From contig BBVC01000059.1 in assembly GCA_001192655.1 (NCBI GenBank), positions 1-6,987 on the forward strand: a DNA stretch of 6,987 bases, written 5' to 3'. The stretch comes from Caedimonas varicaedens. Its GTDB lineage: Bacteria; Pseudomonadota; Alphaproteobacteria; Caedimonadales; Caedimonadaceae. The position numbers and the translations under genes were made by a program. Positions 6,429 to 6,987 of this stretch are shown piece after piece (the first letter of the stretch is position 1; each line of letters opens with the position of its first letter). The notes beneath the pieces are model-generated. The model was given only the letters and a program-made list of their open reading frames with translations. It made no database searches and had not been told where the DNA came from.

Positions 6429-6987
6429 TTAGTTCTTTTTAATCTCTTCTTGTGAAGGAGATGCAAGAGGCTGGTGGGGTGCAGTTTTTTCTTTTTCCAT
6501 TTCTTCTATAAGAAGCGCAGCGCCTTTAGCAATAGGAAGGCAAAGGTTTAAAGTTCCCACCATTGTATAAGCGGCCTCACGATCTTCACCAAGAATTTTG
6601 CTTTCATTAAGTTGGCTTATCAACTCATCTTTGATAACCTTGAATTCTTCCACGGTGCGGTTGATTGTGTGTATCTGGATCATCTGTTTCTCACTACCCT
6701 TGGGCACGGTCGAGGTTTCTGATGGTGGAAGTTCTACCAGTTTTAGGGGCGTCACGACATTTTTTGGTTCCTCTTTCAAGGGTTTTTTTGTCCCTTCTAT
6801 TGGCAACCCACTCGCTTGTTGTTGAGAGATTCCTGCAGGATTTTTTGCGACAGGTTGGGGTATAGGAGAGGTTTTTGGGACTTCTTTTTCTATAAGAGTG
6901 GTTTTTCTTCGATGATCAATAACGCTTTCAATGACGGGCAAGCACATCTTAAGACCACCAATCACATCATATATAGCTAACAACATA
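6429..6987 (-). CDS. Hypothetical repeat-containing protein, C-terminal part (ORF open to the window edge)
   Basis: The open frame covers 185 codons up to position 6986, where an ATG sits at 6984-6986, but the repeat logic suggests the ORF continues upstream. Two copies of A.Y..(V/I)G.L..CLP(V/I) are each followed by LIE(K/E)E..K(T)(S/A)P..QP.A, with the cysteines 134 residues apart. A Pro/Lys/Glu-rich linker separates them. TAA stop at 6429-6431. No family recognised. Confidence 0.55.
   Translation of the reverse strand, partial: MLLAIYDVIGGLKMCLPVIESVIDHRRKTTLIEKEVPKTSPIPQPVAKNPAGISQQQASGLPIEGTKKPLKEEPKNVVTPLKLVELPPSETSTVPKGSEKQMIQIHTINRTVEEFKVIKDELISQLNESKILGEDREAAYTMVGTLNLCLPIAKGAALLIEEMEKEKTAPHQPLASPSQEEIKKN

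Noticed and set aside
6598-6865. Two plus-strand ORFs (75 and 66 aa) antisense to the repeat-protein ORF
   Set aside because: They are shorter than the minus-strand frame and overlap each other. The minus-strand frame shows the internally consistent protein-level repeat, so it is the better coding candidate.

Overview
AT-rich bacterial window with dense coding. The gene content and protein signatures look alphaproteobacterial, possibly a Rickettsiales- or Holosporales-like intracellular lineage; that placement is inference only. Most of the window is ordinary envelope and housekeeping content. On the minus strand there is a LOG-family (TIGR00730-like) gene and an mlaA(vacJ)-mlaC pair. On the plus strand there is a probable three-gene operon: DsbA-like oxidoreductase, CyaY (frataxin homologue) and an ABCB-type half-transporter. 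The cyaY stop overlaps the transporter start (ATGA). The left end is decayed: a C-terminal remnant of a family-4 uracil-DNA glycosylase is fused in frame to a frameshifted N-terminal remnant of an IS1595-family (IS1016-like) transposase. A small orphan secreted protein gene lies next to it. The right end holds the 3' part of a minus-strand ORF that runs off the window. It encodes a protein I do not recognise, built from a roughly 134-aa divergent repeat. I saw no rRNA, tRNA or CRISPR array, and no obvious defence or toxin system. The most checkable leads are the frataxin/ABCB coupling, the repeat-protein fragment and the IS-disrupted UDG. None is a demonstrably new system on sequence alone.
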